A DNA stretch of 63,435 bases from Octopus bimaculoides (lineage: Eukaryota). This document shows, piece after piece, positions 12,503 through 25,550 of this stretch; the stretch's first letter is position 1; every line of letters starts with the position of its first letter. The stretch covers positions 12,839,808 through 12,903,242 of the forward strand of contig NC_068983.1 of assembly GCF_001194135.2 (NCBI RefSeq), given 5' to 3'. A model generated the notes under the pieces. That model did not search any database. It was not told the DNA's origin and worked only from the letters and a program-made list of their open reading frames with translations. The position numbers were made by a program, and so were the translations under genes.

Positions 12503-13722
12503 TATACATAATTAAACTACATTCAAAAGTATTCGTCTGGTCGAATTTTTTTGCCATCAATTCTTGAAATGTATTTCTTTACATCCAATATGAAATTTAA
12601 AGCAGCTATTAGTAAACAGCAGCTTATTTATATTGCTTTACGGTTTATTTGAAAGAGGAAAGAAAAAGATGTGATCTTGAGTATACATTTAGCACTTTAC
12701 ATTGAAATATATATCTGTTGTTAATAAGTATAGGAATGCGTACAGATTCATCATAAATACAATAGATATGCAACATCCCTAAGGATTTTCAATGTTTATA
12801 ATATGCATGAGGGGTTCTTCAACGTGGGTATACAATTGACTGAAAAATTCACTGCTCATTAACTTTTCATAATAGATATTTTCAATTAGGGATGATCTAG
12901 GTGTGAACAAAGCAAAAACGAAAGCATTTCGATCTCTCACTATTTCAAAGAACGTAAACTGGTGGCATCTTATCTATCATATTCTAAACCTGGACACCAG
13001 AAGTAGCATTTTATTCTCGCCAACGTGACGAATTGGCAGGGGATACAAGGTCCCATGAAATTACTTTTAACGTTTGGCGAGTCGAGATGAGATACAGCCG
13101 AAACTCACTTTCCTTTCATGGAGAACGTTAAAGATAAGCGACAGATTAGTGAAACTGCAAAATAGTCGAACCAAATGTGTGTGGTATATTGGATTCGCAG
13201 TGGTTTAAGAAAGTTGGATGTGGAACGGCTTATGCCTATTTTTTTTGTTCTTATGAGTTATAATTCTACTGTGGCTTGCATGAGTAGTAAAATTAATAAG
13301 TTCACCGATTTAGCATCACCATTCTGCACGTTGGATGCTTTCAGGAGAGATCAATTCATTGCAAGTAATCGAAGCAGGTTTCAGTTTGAAAATATCTTCC
13401 CAATTCTCATTCACCTCGGAGCTTCAATGAAGAGTTATCAGACTATCTTCCCTTCAGGCTGAAAAGATAAAAAACTCTCTGCCCCCCACTCTCTCGCTCT
13501 CTCTCTCTCTATCTCTCTCTCTCTGTTTCCATTTTATTCTCTCTATATAAAGCAAGCAATATACAATTTAATGCAGGTAAATTCCAAGCCCACCGCTAGC
13601 AGCCATATATATATACATCCATCAATGAAATCCCAACTTAGTCTGATTTTCACGTTTTCGCGATTTTTACAAAAGGGATGGCCGTTCCTTTTGGAGAGGC
13701 GATCCCTTTTGTCGCGGCTTAA

Positions 13723-14600
13723 CTGCTAGCGATGGACTTGGAATTTACTTGCATTAAATTATATATTGCTGCTTTAGACCATTTATATATATCAGATCTT
13801 GGTCTTTCTGTAGATTAGCATCAGAAGGTTCCTTGACTATTAGTGCTACTTTTATATATATCGTCGGCGTATCTGGTAAGTGTGGCTGTCTTTGTAACTG
13901 ATGGTATGTCTGAAAGAGCAATACATTTCCCTGAGGCACTCCACGACCTTCTGTCTTTCAAGAAATCATGCAACTACACTCCCTGTTCCCCGGCTAGGTC
14001 GAGTGCCGGTAGATTGTAGCACACCATCTCATCACCATCCGTATCGAAGGCCTTTTCAGAATCGAGATATATCACATCCACGTTTGGGCGATTCGTAATT
14101 GTTTCAGCAGCCAGTTATAACGCTGCAAAAGCTAGTTAAGGCAAATTCTTCTTGGTCGGAACCCATGCTCAGTGTTAAAGAACAAGTCATTATCTTCAAG
14201 GAACGCAATCACTTTCTTCCTGATAATGCGTTCCATGTCTTTGTTGTTATGGGAGGTTAGGGAGACAAGTCTATAATTGTTAGTATCTGCTCTGCTACCT
14301 CTCTTATAGATAGGACATATGACGTCCTTTAACTGGGATGTCTTCTTGTTGCCTTTCTTTGTGACTAAGTTTGAGATCATTTGATCAATGTCTGATATCA
14401 TATATCTTTCTTCTATTTTGATGCTATCAATTATTACTATTTCTTTGTGTAGAACTGTGGTGCCGAGGAACTCCTCAGACATAGTTATTCGCCTAGCGAT
14501 TGGTGAAAACCCTATTGTATTGCCCATTCAGTATTTCACTGAATCTCTGGCGGTCTGCAATTGGCGAGCCATTTCCTTCAAACATTATCTTGTACCGTAC
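13723..14600 (-). mobile_element. CR1/L2-group LINE reverse transcriptase fossil with frameshifts and an internal deletion; may extend to about 14860
   Basis: Minus-strand translations give PIYKRGSRADTNNYRLVSLTSH, MERIIRKK, EHGFRP, NVDVIYLDSEKAFD, LHDFLKDRR, DNA for GVPQG, YADD and LQKD..IYKWS, typical of APE-type LINE RTs. Confidence 0.88.
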
Positions 14601-15943
14601 TAAAGCAAACTCTTTGTATATCAGACCCCCCGTTTAGGGTCTGACGAGACGTAAGTAAAGCAAGCTAAGCGCTTTATGAACGCAAAATCCTGGGTAGACC
14701 TATGGACCGACCATAACCAGCTTTCTCTAAATACATTATTGATTTATCACTTAGAGCACTGGACACAATACTTTGCGATAATTGCCCCGTTTTTTGATGT
14801 TCTGAACTGGGCTGCTTTCGAGGCCAAGATTTCTTCCCTTGTCATCTTCCAGTGACTGATAATATAAAGGATCAGTCAAGTACTGTGGATAGTTCAATAG
14901 TTTAGCCCCTTGCCTTCAAAATAGTATCGTTGTCTCTGTTGTAAGTAATATCATATAAAATGGCAAGGACGTGAAATAGCAGAATTCTTTCAACTTGGAA
15001 CAAAGTATCGGTAAATTTGCAGAATCAGTGGAGTGTCCCTTTTATTTCTTTGCGCTATGTGCTTACACCACCTTACACTCTGTATTCGAATCACACCAAC
15101 CTGAATTTTGAATTTTATCAATTCTGGACCGAAGCTATATTTTAGTATGCACTAACAAAAACACTTTCAGGGTATGTGCTTATATTAGAAATCAATGCTA
15201 CACAAAATGTCCAGACAACATACTAAGTGATTCACATGGTGATTGAGATATTTAATATTGATCTCTATATCGGTCACCGAATATATGAGGCGAATTAATT
15301 TCATGTTATTTTTTATTTCTGTTTTTAATTATTTTTGATATGATAATCATATTTTTTTCTTATCTGTCACATGAATTAATTACAAAGAGGAAACATCGTG
15401 GAATAAATCGGTGAAGCGATATTAATGCAATCTGATGTATCACAGAGATAAACCTATAGCGAATGGCACTAATGTATTAGAAAAGTGAGTATGAATTAGA
15501 TAAGCGTTCTATTTTCCCTCACTTCGTCTTAAAATACTTCAATTATTTAAGTACAACGATGAAGCACTACTTCCTGTCAGCTGTTCCTGTGATTATTTCA
15601 TGATATCAATATATGCTTCATCACTAATATTAATAGACAATGATATCAGATAAATAAAATTTCTATTCAAAATAAACGCACCCTTCTTTATACTTGATGA
15701 TAAATTTTATGACCCCGAAAGGTTTTTAAATAAACAGCTATTTTCACTTCCTGCTAATGGTTGTTCTTTAATTCACGTCGGTGACCTTCACCGAATTGGA
15801 AAATTAGCGCTGTGGCAGCTCTTTCAGTGAAAATGTATTTCCTTGACGAGCGATGAGCATCTAAAAATTCCAAGATACTCTTAAAGGAATGTTTCAGCTA
15901 GCGATATAATAATCAGTCCGCCTCATGATATGTTTTATATAAT

Positions 15944-15947
<4 letters not shown>

Positions 15948-16010
<63 letters not shown>
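15948..16010. repeat. (CT)n microsatellite followed by (TA)n
   Basis: Perfect CT run. Confidence 0.95.
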
Positions 16011-16013
<3 letters not shown>

Positions 16014-16365
16014 CCTCACTATATATATATATATATATATTCTTTCGCTTTAGTTAAAGTTCTTCTTGAGAAAGTTCAAGCCGGTTGCTAACAAAGCAAT
16101 AATATTTTTTGAGTTAAAAGAGTTCTCAGTGTTTCTAAGTATGTGGTTGAGTTGGTGTCATGGTTGAACTGTCAAAGCATTTACCCAACTGTGTGCATCT
16201 ATTCACATAAGAATCACTCAAGCAGAATTTTCGGAATGTCTTACAAATTTTCACTGTGCCATTAGTAGATCGTATTTGGAGAAGCCACGTCAATTTCTTC
16301 TACGCATTTTCCATGAAACCGAGTATTCCTAAGTTTCTGTGCAATGCTTTATGATACATAACCTG

Positions 16366-16392
16366 TGTATATATGTATGCATGCATGCATGC

Positions 16393-16425
<33 letters not shown>

Positions 16426-16600
16426 TGTAGGTAGGTAGGTAGGTAGGTAGGTAGGTAGGTAGGTTGGTATGCATACATTCATGCATGCTTGCATGTATGT
16501 ATGTATGTATGTATGTATGTATGCATGTATGTATGTATGTATGTATGTATGTATGTATGAATGTATGGATGTATTTACGTGTTTATGTGTGTATATTTGT
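16366..16600. repeat. (TATG)n/(TAGG)n/(CATG)n compound tetranucleotide repeat
   Basis: Direct reading. Confidence 0.9.
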
Positions 16601-17503
16601 GTATGTATATATATTCTATCCTGTTTCTTAACTATTTGAAGAATTCCTCTAAGGAAGGAGCTAATTTCTAACACAGATACACAGTCCGTCGTTGGAATGT
16701 AGATAAGGAAAACTACAACAAATGTTGAACTTGAGAAAAGTTTCCTTCTTTTCACAGTTCTGCACAAATAATGCATTTTTAGCGTGCGTTTTAGCTGCTT
16801 GTTTACTTAATTTTCGACATTATCCCTTGCACATTTCAGACTGGTCAACAAAATAAATATTTTATTTAAATCTTAGAGCCGTTTTAGATTAATGTGTCGG
16901 TACTGATTACAAAAGTGACCTCAGATTTGCTCTATCTCGCCACGTCTATCTCTATATCCTTTATTTACATGAATCATAATAAAAGATAAGTTTATACCAA
17001 AAGTTAGATTTATATCACTGCTTGCATTGTCAATGCTAAATTCGAATATGTTGGAGCTGAGTTTTGATTTATCACCCTTTCTCTTTCTTTTAGGCGTGAA
17101 ATGAACCATTGTGATCTAGTTAAGGATACAGCATCAAAAAGAAGGACGTTCTGTAATGAGATCGATATCTTCTGTCACATCTCTGGAATCTTCACTCCAC
17201 AAGCCTAAAGGCGAAACCTTAAATAACTTGCTTACTTTAAAGTAGCACTTAGAGACCAGGATTAAACCAACTATGTATGGTCTACTATGTCTGCACTTGA
17301 CGGGATGTTCTGATGGGAATGTTCCACTAATATTCCTTGAGTTGATGTTTATGTATGTATTCAGTTACAGGAAGTTTCTCAATAATTATCTCAAGACAGT
17401 GCAAGTTGTACTTGTTATATGTCCGCACATGTGCTGTAGAGTCTACTCTGTGTAATGCCTTTATGGCAAAAATATTGAAATAATGTAGCTCGCTTCCCGT
17501 TTT

Positions 17504-17738
17504 AAGGCGGCGAGCTGGCAGAATCGTTAGCAAGCCGGGCGAAATGCTTAGCGCTATTTCATCTATCTTTACGTTCTGAGTTCAAATTCCGCTGAGGTCG
17601 ATTTAACCTTTCATCCTTTCGGGGTCGATAAATTAAATATCAGTTACGCTCTGGGGTCGATATAATCGACTTAATCCGTTTGTCTGTCCTTGTTTGTTCT
17701 CTCTATGTTTAGCCCCTTGTAGGCAACAAAGAAATAAG
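17504..17738 (+). mobile_element. tRNA-headed CORE-like SINE, family B (local name)
   Basis: GGCGGCGAGCTGGCAGAATCG head, GAGTTCAAATTCC B-box, CCTTTCATCCTTTCGGGGTCGATAAATTAA resembling the CORE domain (from memory), AAAGAAATAAG tail. Confidence 0.85.
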
Positions 17739-17755
17739 AAACGTTAGCACGCCGT

Positions 17756-18836
17756 GGGTGTCAAATCGTTCCCGGACTAGTTATGTTTAATAAAAACAAT
17801 ATATTGACATCAGATTTAACATAATCTAGTTCGAAATATTCACCTTGCGCACTGGTTCCAGCGTTTCTGTCACATTTAGAATCCAGCCTGGAAGTCGTTT
17901 TTTTGTAAGCGAGTCGAGGAGGACCTTCTGCAATGCGTTCTTCATCTCGACAACGGTGTTAAAACTAAGACCTTTGAGCTGCATTTTCACTTTGGGTGGT
18001 CTTGGCTAGCCAATAGGGTGGATGCAGAAGCGATACCATGTTTTCATGGCGTGAAACTCACGAGTGAGGTGAGCTCGGTGACAGGATACATTCTCGTAGT
18101 GAAGAATCCAATTCTTCGTGGTCACTTTCGCTGAATTCCCTTCCTGAAACGCTTCAAAACTTCGCGATAGAATTCTCAATTGACAACCTAGCGTTCGGGG
18201 TGAATTCTCGATGCACACTACCGTGGATGTAAAAAGTCGATGTACATAATCTTGATTGAACCGCGGCTCTGTCATGCCTTTTTCTGTCGTGGAGATGAAT
18301 GACCCTTCGATTGTGACGACTGCTGATTTGTCCCAGGGTTGCACCCACAAACCCAACTCTTGTCACTGATGATGATCCTCGATATGAAGGATGGCTCAAT
18401 AGCTACACGCTGACGGTGATCTTGACAAACTTCGACGCGATGGTCTTTCTGTTCAGTGGTCAGTAGACAGGGGAGAAACTTGGTAGAGGCACACCGCATG
18501 TTCAAATCAGTCGTTAAGATTGCCCACCCGTATCCATACGACAGACCAACAACATTGGTAAGTTCGTTGATCATCCTCCGTCGATTCTCTTGCAGAAGCT
18601 GATGAATGTTATGCACATTTTTGAGGGTGGCACTCGTAGCGGTTCTTCCAGATCTGTCATAGACTTCCGGGGACGTTCTTCCGCTTTTTAAGAGCCTGCG
18701 CAACTCGAAATATTGCGTATGACTCATTGTTTCAATACCATGAGCTTCCGTAAACATGCTGAATGTCTCTACAGGAAAACTGTCTAAGTTTAACGCAGAA
18801 TTTCAGAATGACTCCTTTTTCCAATTTCCTGTCCAT
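17756..18836 (-). mobile_element. Mariner (DD34D) transposase fossil with one partial TIR
   Basis: ATG at 18836 gives MDRKLEKGVILKFCVKL, then HTQYFELRRLLKSGRTSPEVYDRSGR, IISDKSWVCGCNP (ITGDETW motif), WILHYEN (HHDN motif) and a decayed HPPYSPDL. TIR-like GGGTGTCAAATCGTTCCCGGACT at 17756. Multiple frameshifts. Confidence 0.92.
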
Positions 18837-18978
18837 GACAAAACCGCAGTGTACAGCATATCTCTAGCTCTTTCCGATCGCAGCATGCGGCCATTGTATT
18901 TGTAAAAAAAAATTATAACAGAGGTCATATCATAGTAAAAAGAATCACTGAAAGAGTGTCTCCTTGGAATATTTACTT

Positions 18979-19033
<55 letters not shown>

Positions 19034-19299
19034 ATCGGTGCTGACGTCTCCATACTAAAGTGTGGGAGATTTTATTGCCAGGTCTTTGTGAACCTCTCAG
19101 TGTCAGGGACTGAGGTAGAAGGCTCTTTTGCCAAGTGCGGAGATTTTCGCAACCAAAAGTCTGAAACATGGATAAATGCTTTCCCTATTATAAAGCTATG
19201 ATGCCCCAACTTTTCTGTGATGCGTTTTTACTTCGGAAGGAATTTCACTCATGGTTACAAGAAGGAATAAGGTTGCTGAAGTCAATTTGGACTCCCATA

Positions 19300-19700
19300 G
19301 AACTTTTCTCAAATAAACGTTAATGGCTTTAAGTAGAAGTTCATTCTCTTGTACCAGTATCGGTGTATTGGGTACTCTTCCAAGTAATGTTTCCTTATAT
19401 AGTTTCCATATAGTTATGGTAAAAGTTTCAGGGCCACTTGTATATATTTTACACTCGATGTTGGTGCTGTATTTCGTCGTAACAGTATTTAGCCTCGATG
19501 CATTGCGGTTAGAATTTCTCTTTTTATTTCAAATATTAGTCCTGAAAAATTGGAGACGTTTTTAACAAGGGTCTTTCTCGATGATAATGTTTCTTTCCTT
19601 GCATTGGTAAAATACATGTAAATTGGAAGCAAACTTGTGATTTATGCTGATATGCTAGAAAGCTTTGTTACGTTTACAGTGTTTTCCGTTCTCAGATCAT
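19300..19700 (-). mobile_element. Possible heavily decayed Penelope-type GIY-YIG endonuclease fragment
   Basis: Minus frame ASNLHVFYQCKERNIIIEKDPC*KRLQFFRTNI resembles S-NLIY-I-C--C---YIGET---L--R---HR--I; weak by-eye match only. Confidence 0.3.
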
Positions 19701-20168
19701 GCTTTAATCTAATTAAGATATCGATGTGGAGATTTGTTGAAGAAGCTTGCATTTTTCTGTATAAAAGCTATTTGATGAAGCGCAACATTATTATTCCCCT
19801 TCTGTTTTATTACTGTGGTTTACTATCCAGTATTAAGAGCCGGGATGTTCATGTTGTCTTCAAATTTTGTTTCCCACTTGCGTTGCTTCCGTTTGATAAC
19901 TTCAGTAGTATGTGCACAGCAGCTGTCTCGTAGGTGTTGTTTAAGAATGATACCAGCTGCCCTAAAATTAATACCACTGTGTTCCATGTGTTTTCTAGCA
20001 ACATGAGAGTGGTTGGCTCTTGGTTAAAACAAATGCCAACTTCCCGCACATGACTTGTCACCTAAACACAGCGTAGGAAAATAGGAAACATTTTTTTTAC
20101 CAACTATAGTTTCAACATGATTTTAAGTTGAATATATTCCATAGTCGTCTCTGTTGACGTATGTACAC

Positions 20169-20231
<63 letters not shown>

Positions 20232-20384
20232 NNNNNNNNNNNNNNNNNNNNNNNNNNNNNNNNNNNNNNNNNNNNNNNNNNNNNNNNNNNNNNNNNNNNN
20301 NNNNNNNNNNNNNNNNNNNNNNNNNNNNNNNNNNNNNNNNNNNNNNNNNNTATATATATATATATATATACATATACACATACA

Positions 20385-20421
<37 letters not shown>

Positions 20422-20426
20422 GGCAC

Positions 20427-20580
20427 TGGGCTTCTTTCACTCATAAAATACACTCATAAGCTTTGGGTTGGCCTAGAGCTATATCATTATATTATAAGAC
20501 ACTAGTCCAAGGTACCACGCAATGGAACTGAGCTACGAATCATGTGGTTTGGAAACAAGACTCTTACCACACAGCCACGT
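20427..20580 (-). mobile_element. SINE family A, diverged 5' portion
   Basis: GGGCTTCTTTCA...CCAAGGTACCACGCAATGGAACTGA...CTTACCACACAGCCAC matches the reverse complement of the family A head. Confidence 0.75.
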
Positions 20581-22042
20581 CTTCTGATTTACTTTCACTT
20601 TCCAAATATTCTTTAAATTATTAAATGAAAACATTTCGGTTTAAAATTTGTTACCTTTCAATTTCTAGGTTAAAGTGTTAATGAGTGCTTAGATAGACTG
20701 CTATACCGAAGGTTAAAATGAGATTATCTGTACTGTTTATCGGGTGAAGAGGCCTATTACTTTATTTCCTAACCAGCATCCAAGTTTCGGTGAAATTAAT
20801 GTTCTTCTTAATATTTAACTACACTTGCAATATTTCATAGTAAGAACAGAATCTAAGCACAAGTCATAAATCACATCATGTATCAAATAAGCGAGCTACT
20901 CAATAACTAAATGGATGTGAATATGAAGTGGAATCTATTATTTTGAACGAAGGAAATATATTTACTTTAATGTTCTCTGTCTTCGACTTCACTCTACATA
21001 CGAAATGAATTAACGTTGTCGGTACATCAATAGAAACATTAGCGGTACATCAATTGAAAATTGATATTATGTATGTCGTTATACGACCGAAGAGTTAGGA
21101 AGTGTGTAAAATCTGATTAAAGTTAGTAACATCGCTAAAAACGATTATCAAAGACTATTTTATCTTCTATCTCAGTCCTATGTGTCCATTACACGAAATA
21201 AAGTTCTGTGCTCACTAAATAATTCATGATAGCTTCTTCTCTATGGTAATGTCACAGTTTGAAAGCATGTATAACTTTGCCAGTCAAATCTAGATTACAT
21301 TTATTCTGATTTATGTTTATCACACAAAGGAGAACAATAAGAATTCTAGTAGTGTATTTTTTCTTTTCTCTTTTAGCTTTCTTTCTCTATATATCTCGAA
21401 CACAAGTAAGGAAAGTACATCAGTTCGGCAACAACCCCATGAATGCACTCTTACAAACATCAAAATATATTAACCTTTTTATTTTCCTGTATCAAATCAT
21501 CGAACAGAAATACGATGCCTCTATATCCTTTTTTTCCAAGACGGAAACGATCATGCTCCTTTTCATAAATGGCTTTCTAGAGACATATCGATTAGATTTT
21601 AGCTTCAGATTTTGGACGAAAATATATACTACTGATTAAATAAATGTAGAAACGTAAACTTATGTGAAAAGTTCAATTCAGACAGCATAGATGGAAGAAA
21701 AGAATTTAGATATATTTCTTTATATATCTCAATATATTGATTTTCTTTTCTTCATCATATACTCTAGTCATGCAATATTGATGAAAAAATAGAATTATGT
21801 TATTTCTTTCAACTCTGACCATAGCAGGTGGCTTTTCAAAATATTAATATTTATTTTATAATAAATTTTTCGTCACTCACATATTCATCAGCAGTGGTAA
21901 ATATTTCATTTCAGTTCTTCTTGTAGAGTCGAATCTCTTACAAAATATTATGGCCAGAATAACAGACATTTTCTCTTTTTCTCTAAATCATATTTGGAGA
22001 CCTTGAAAAGGATCGAGTCGTGATATTTCCATCATGACACAG

Positions 22043-22306
22043 TTACTCTTTTCAGTCTTTTACTCTTGTTTCAGTCATTTGACTGTGACCATGCTAGAGC
22101 ACCAACTTTATCCGAGCAAATCGACCCCAGGAGTTATTCTTTGTAAGCCGAGTACTTATTCTACCGGTGTCTTTTGCCGAACCGCTAAGTTGCGGGGGTC
22201 ACACTGGCATCAGTTGTCAAGCAATGTTGGTGGGACAAACACAGACAAATAAACACACACACACACACATACACACACACACACACACATACACACATAT
22301 ATACAT

Positions 22307-22343
<37 letters not shown>

Positions 22344-22502
22344 TACGACAGGCTTCTTTAAGTTTCCGTCTACAAAATCCACTCACAAGGCTTTGGTCGG
22401 CCCGAGGTTATAGTAGAAGACACTTACGCAAGGTGCCACGCAGTGGGACTGAACCCGGAACCATGTGGTTGGTAAGCAAGCTACTTACCACACAGCCACT
22501 CC
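22043..22502 (-). mobile_element. SINE family A, near full length
   Basis: Reverse complement of all family A modules, with expanded internal CA/TA tract. Confidence 0.93.
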
Positions 22503-23607
22503 AGAACTTCGACGATATATTCACAATAATATAGATTAAATATTTGATAATGTAATATACACAATTTTCATATGAATATATCCTATATTTGTTTAAAACA
22601 TTGATAAATTGAAACAAAATGAGCATAGGGGAGTGCCTAAGATTCACACTATGTAACCATGCTGCGTCGTCTTCTAACCCATTATGGAAATACTCTGTGC
22701 AGATATCTGTTATTGTACCCCCATGTCTCAAATAACTTATAAATAAAATATGGCTGTCGAATCTGTGAAAATACTCGTCGTTTGTACGTCGTATTCGTGT
22801 ATATATGTCCGTACGTATAAGTGATGCACATACGTATGAATAATCACCTGCAACTGAAGTTTAGGTGACTAAATCTTCACTTATGGTCAAAATCAGCATG
22901 ATGAGAGAATTGTTCTGATTGGTTATTAAACTCCCATTAATGGTCGATTAAGTCTACAACAAGTCACCAACAATTTGTATAGTGTGCGCGTGTCATAAGC
23001 TACTGTGATACACAACAATAGTTTGCAAGTTCTAAAACAGGACAGAGAAAAGTCGAATTTCAGAAATATTATACGAAATTCATTCTGTGAATAATAAGTA
23101 AACCAGCGACGGACACGGGCTACTGCCTTCATGATAACGATGAAACAAACAGTGACACCATCTCAGCAGACATGATGACTTTTGTCATTGGAAAACTTAG
23201 AATAGATATTATGAGCATGCTCCAAACATATTGTCATAAGGCTACTGTTAAGGATATCTGTATATGGTGTACATGGAAAGAAGGTTAAATCTAACCAAAT
23301 ACAATACACAAACCAATAAGCGGAAACTATGTCGAATTACAAAGAAAGGGAAATGAGTAAAAAGAATATGGAGAATGAGTTAAAACGATAAAAGATATAA
23401 AAGCAATTATGGGGATGTTTAGTTTAGAATTTATTTTAGAAAGAACACGCGCAGGAAAAGTACCTATAAGGTTGCATTTCTGGGGAAGGACAATTTTATC
23501 GAACGTTTAGTTTAAGGTTTCAAGGTTAAGAGGTACACATTTATTGCATTTATTTTTATATCTCACCTTGTTTAAGTGACTCACTGTGTAGCACACCTAC
23601 TGATATG

Positions 23608-23669
<62 letters not shown>

Positions 23670-23678
23670 TATATATAT

Positions 23679-24908
23679 ATTGGGTTATGACATATATAGT
23701 GCGTTTTTTACAGATACATGAATTAAAAGTCGGAGAATTACGGGATATAGTACCTGCATCAACTTGCTATAAGAGTACGTAGTAATTTTACCTTGTACTT
23801 AGGCTTAGTGCAATTATTGAAGAGTTCACTTCGATTTTCACAGCCATTTTTTCAAAGCTATAATAGAAGTGACAAAGGAAAATTTTCGGTATATATTTTA
23901 ATTTACGAGTTTAATAAAGGGCACGAGGCAATAGAAAGTGCGAGGAATATTAATGCAATATATATGGGGATTGGACAATAATTGTAAGCTAGTGTCAACG
24001 GTAGTTCCAGAAATTCCGAGCTGGAAACTACAACTTAGAAAACGAGCCTTTTCTTGGAAGATCTGTGGAGCTTGGCGAGGACGTCCTGCAAACCCTGTTG
24101 GAACAAAATCCATCGTAACTCTTGAGTAACTAGCAGAGAAGCTTCGATTTGGTTATTCAACCATTCATCCACAACTGCGTGCCATCGGAAAAGTCAGCAA
24201 ATTGGGTCAATGGGTTCCTCACAAACATTCTGAGTATAATTGCCCGCGGAGAGTGAATGTATGTTCTTCTATGCTAACACGTAAGACGAATGAAGCTTTG
24301 TCGGACCGAATAGGGTCTGTTGACGAGAAATCAGATCTCTATATAAATGTCAAGCACCGAAGACAATGGCTAGGGGAAGGAGAAACACCGGCACCCCAGG
24401 ATAAAGAAGGTCTTCATGAACGTAAGGTATTGTTACCCGTTTGACGGGATATGAAAGGCTTAGCTTTTGAAGTTTGAACCTTGAAACCCAAATGAAATGA
24501 TAACAAAGGAAATCTACTGCAAGCAGCTTGAGAAGTTTAAGTCAGCGCTAGAAGAAAGAAGACCATCTTTGGTTTCAAGACGAAAGGTGTTCTTCCATCA
24601 GAATAATGCTTGGCCACACACAATGAGAATGACATTCCAAAGGCTGGGGCAGTTTAAATGGGAAACGATACCCTACCCACCATATTCTCCAGACTTTGTC
24701 TGATCTGGTCATAATTTTTTCCGCAGACATCAAAATCATTTAGATAGAAAAAATATGAATTCTGTAGACGAGGTGAGAACATTTATGTAGGAGTATTTTT
24801 CGTCACGGAAATTTTTCGTCACGGATAAGTGGAATTTGGAAAAGGGTAACTTGCAAGTCTACCAGATAGATGGAAGTGCATTATAGAATATGAAGGAGAG
24901 TATATTTT
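23679..24908 (+). mobile_element. Mariner element fossil (Mos1/Hsmar1-like), near full length; right TIR probably in the gap
   Basis: TIR-like TATTGGGTTATGACATATATAGTGCGTTTTT at 23679. Translation from about 23863: EVTKENFR, YEFNKGHEA.ESARNIN, KLGQWVPHK (WVPHEL), VDEK, FFHQNNAWPH, PYPPYSPDF, PDRWKCIIEYEGEYI. Several stops and frameshifts. Confidence 0.93.
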
Positions 24909-25038
24909 NNNNNNNNNNNNNCATACATATATGCACATATACATGCTCACATATTTAAAAGCATGTATGTTTTTACCCCAATACATACATACATACATAC
25001 ATACAAACACACACACACACATACACACACACACACAG

Positions 25039-25085
<47 letters not shown>

Positions 25086-25550
25086 AAAAAGTAAAAAGTA
25101 TGTATGTCTGTGTGCATACTCGTCATATTTATATATAATTTCAAATCTTACTGCCGGCATCTATGTTTACGATAATCAGTTACCATTCATATGCAAATTT
25201 ATTTTAATATATGTATAACCTTGTCTAAACTCCACCCCTTTAATATTACCTGTTCTTTCATTAACATGTATAAACTCAGAAGTATAAATATTTACTTTCT
25301 CTTCGCATTGCTTGCTAAATTAAACACGCTAAGTTAATATTATATTTGACTCTACGAAATATTTGTAAATATCACTAATATTTAATGAACCTTCATTTGT
25401 TGTTTCCGGAAACTGTGTTTATTTGTTTTTAGTTGAATACATAAATTAAGCAGATATTCCGATTCCGATATTCGTATAATTCTTCTGTAAATAACCAACA
25501 ATATCTTAACGAAAATAACCGTTGATAATAACGAACATGTATATTGGAAG

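Noticed and set aside
13175-13462. 95-aa non-repetitive ORF
   Set aside because: No recognisable motif or convincing splice signals; length is within what chance can give.
13669-13730. Hairpin followed by CTAG, like a Helitron 3' end
   Set aside because: The CTAG is part of the LINE-derived arm and is followed by C, not T; no 5' TC end identified.
21855-21900. Minus-strand CTGATGA...GAAA spacing like a hammerhead
   Set aside because: Stem II closing pair and stem I do not form.
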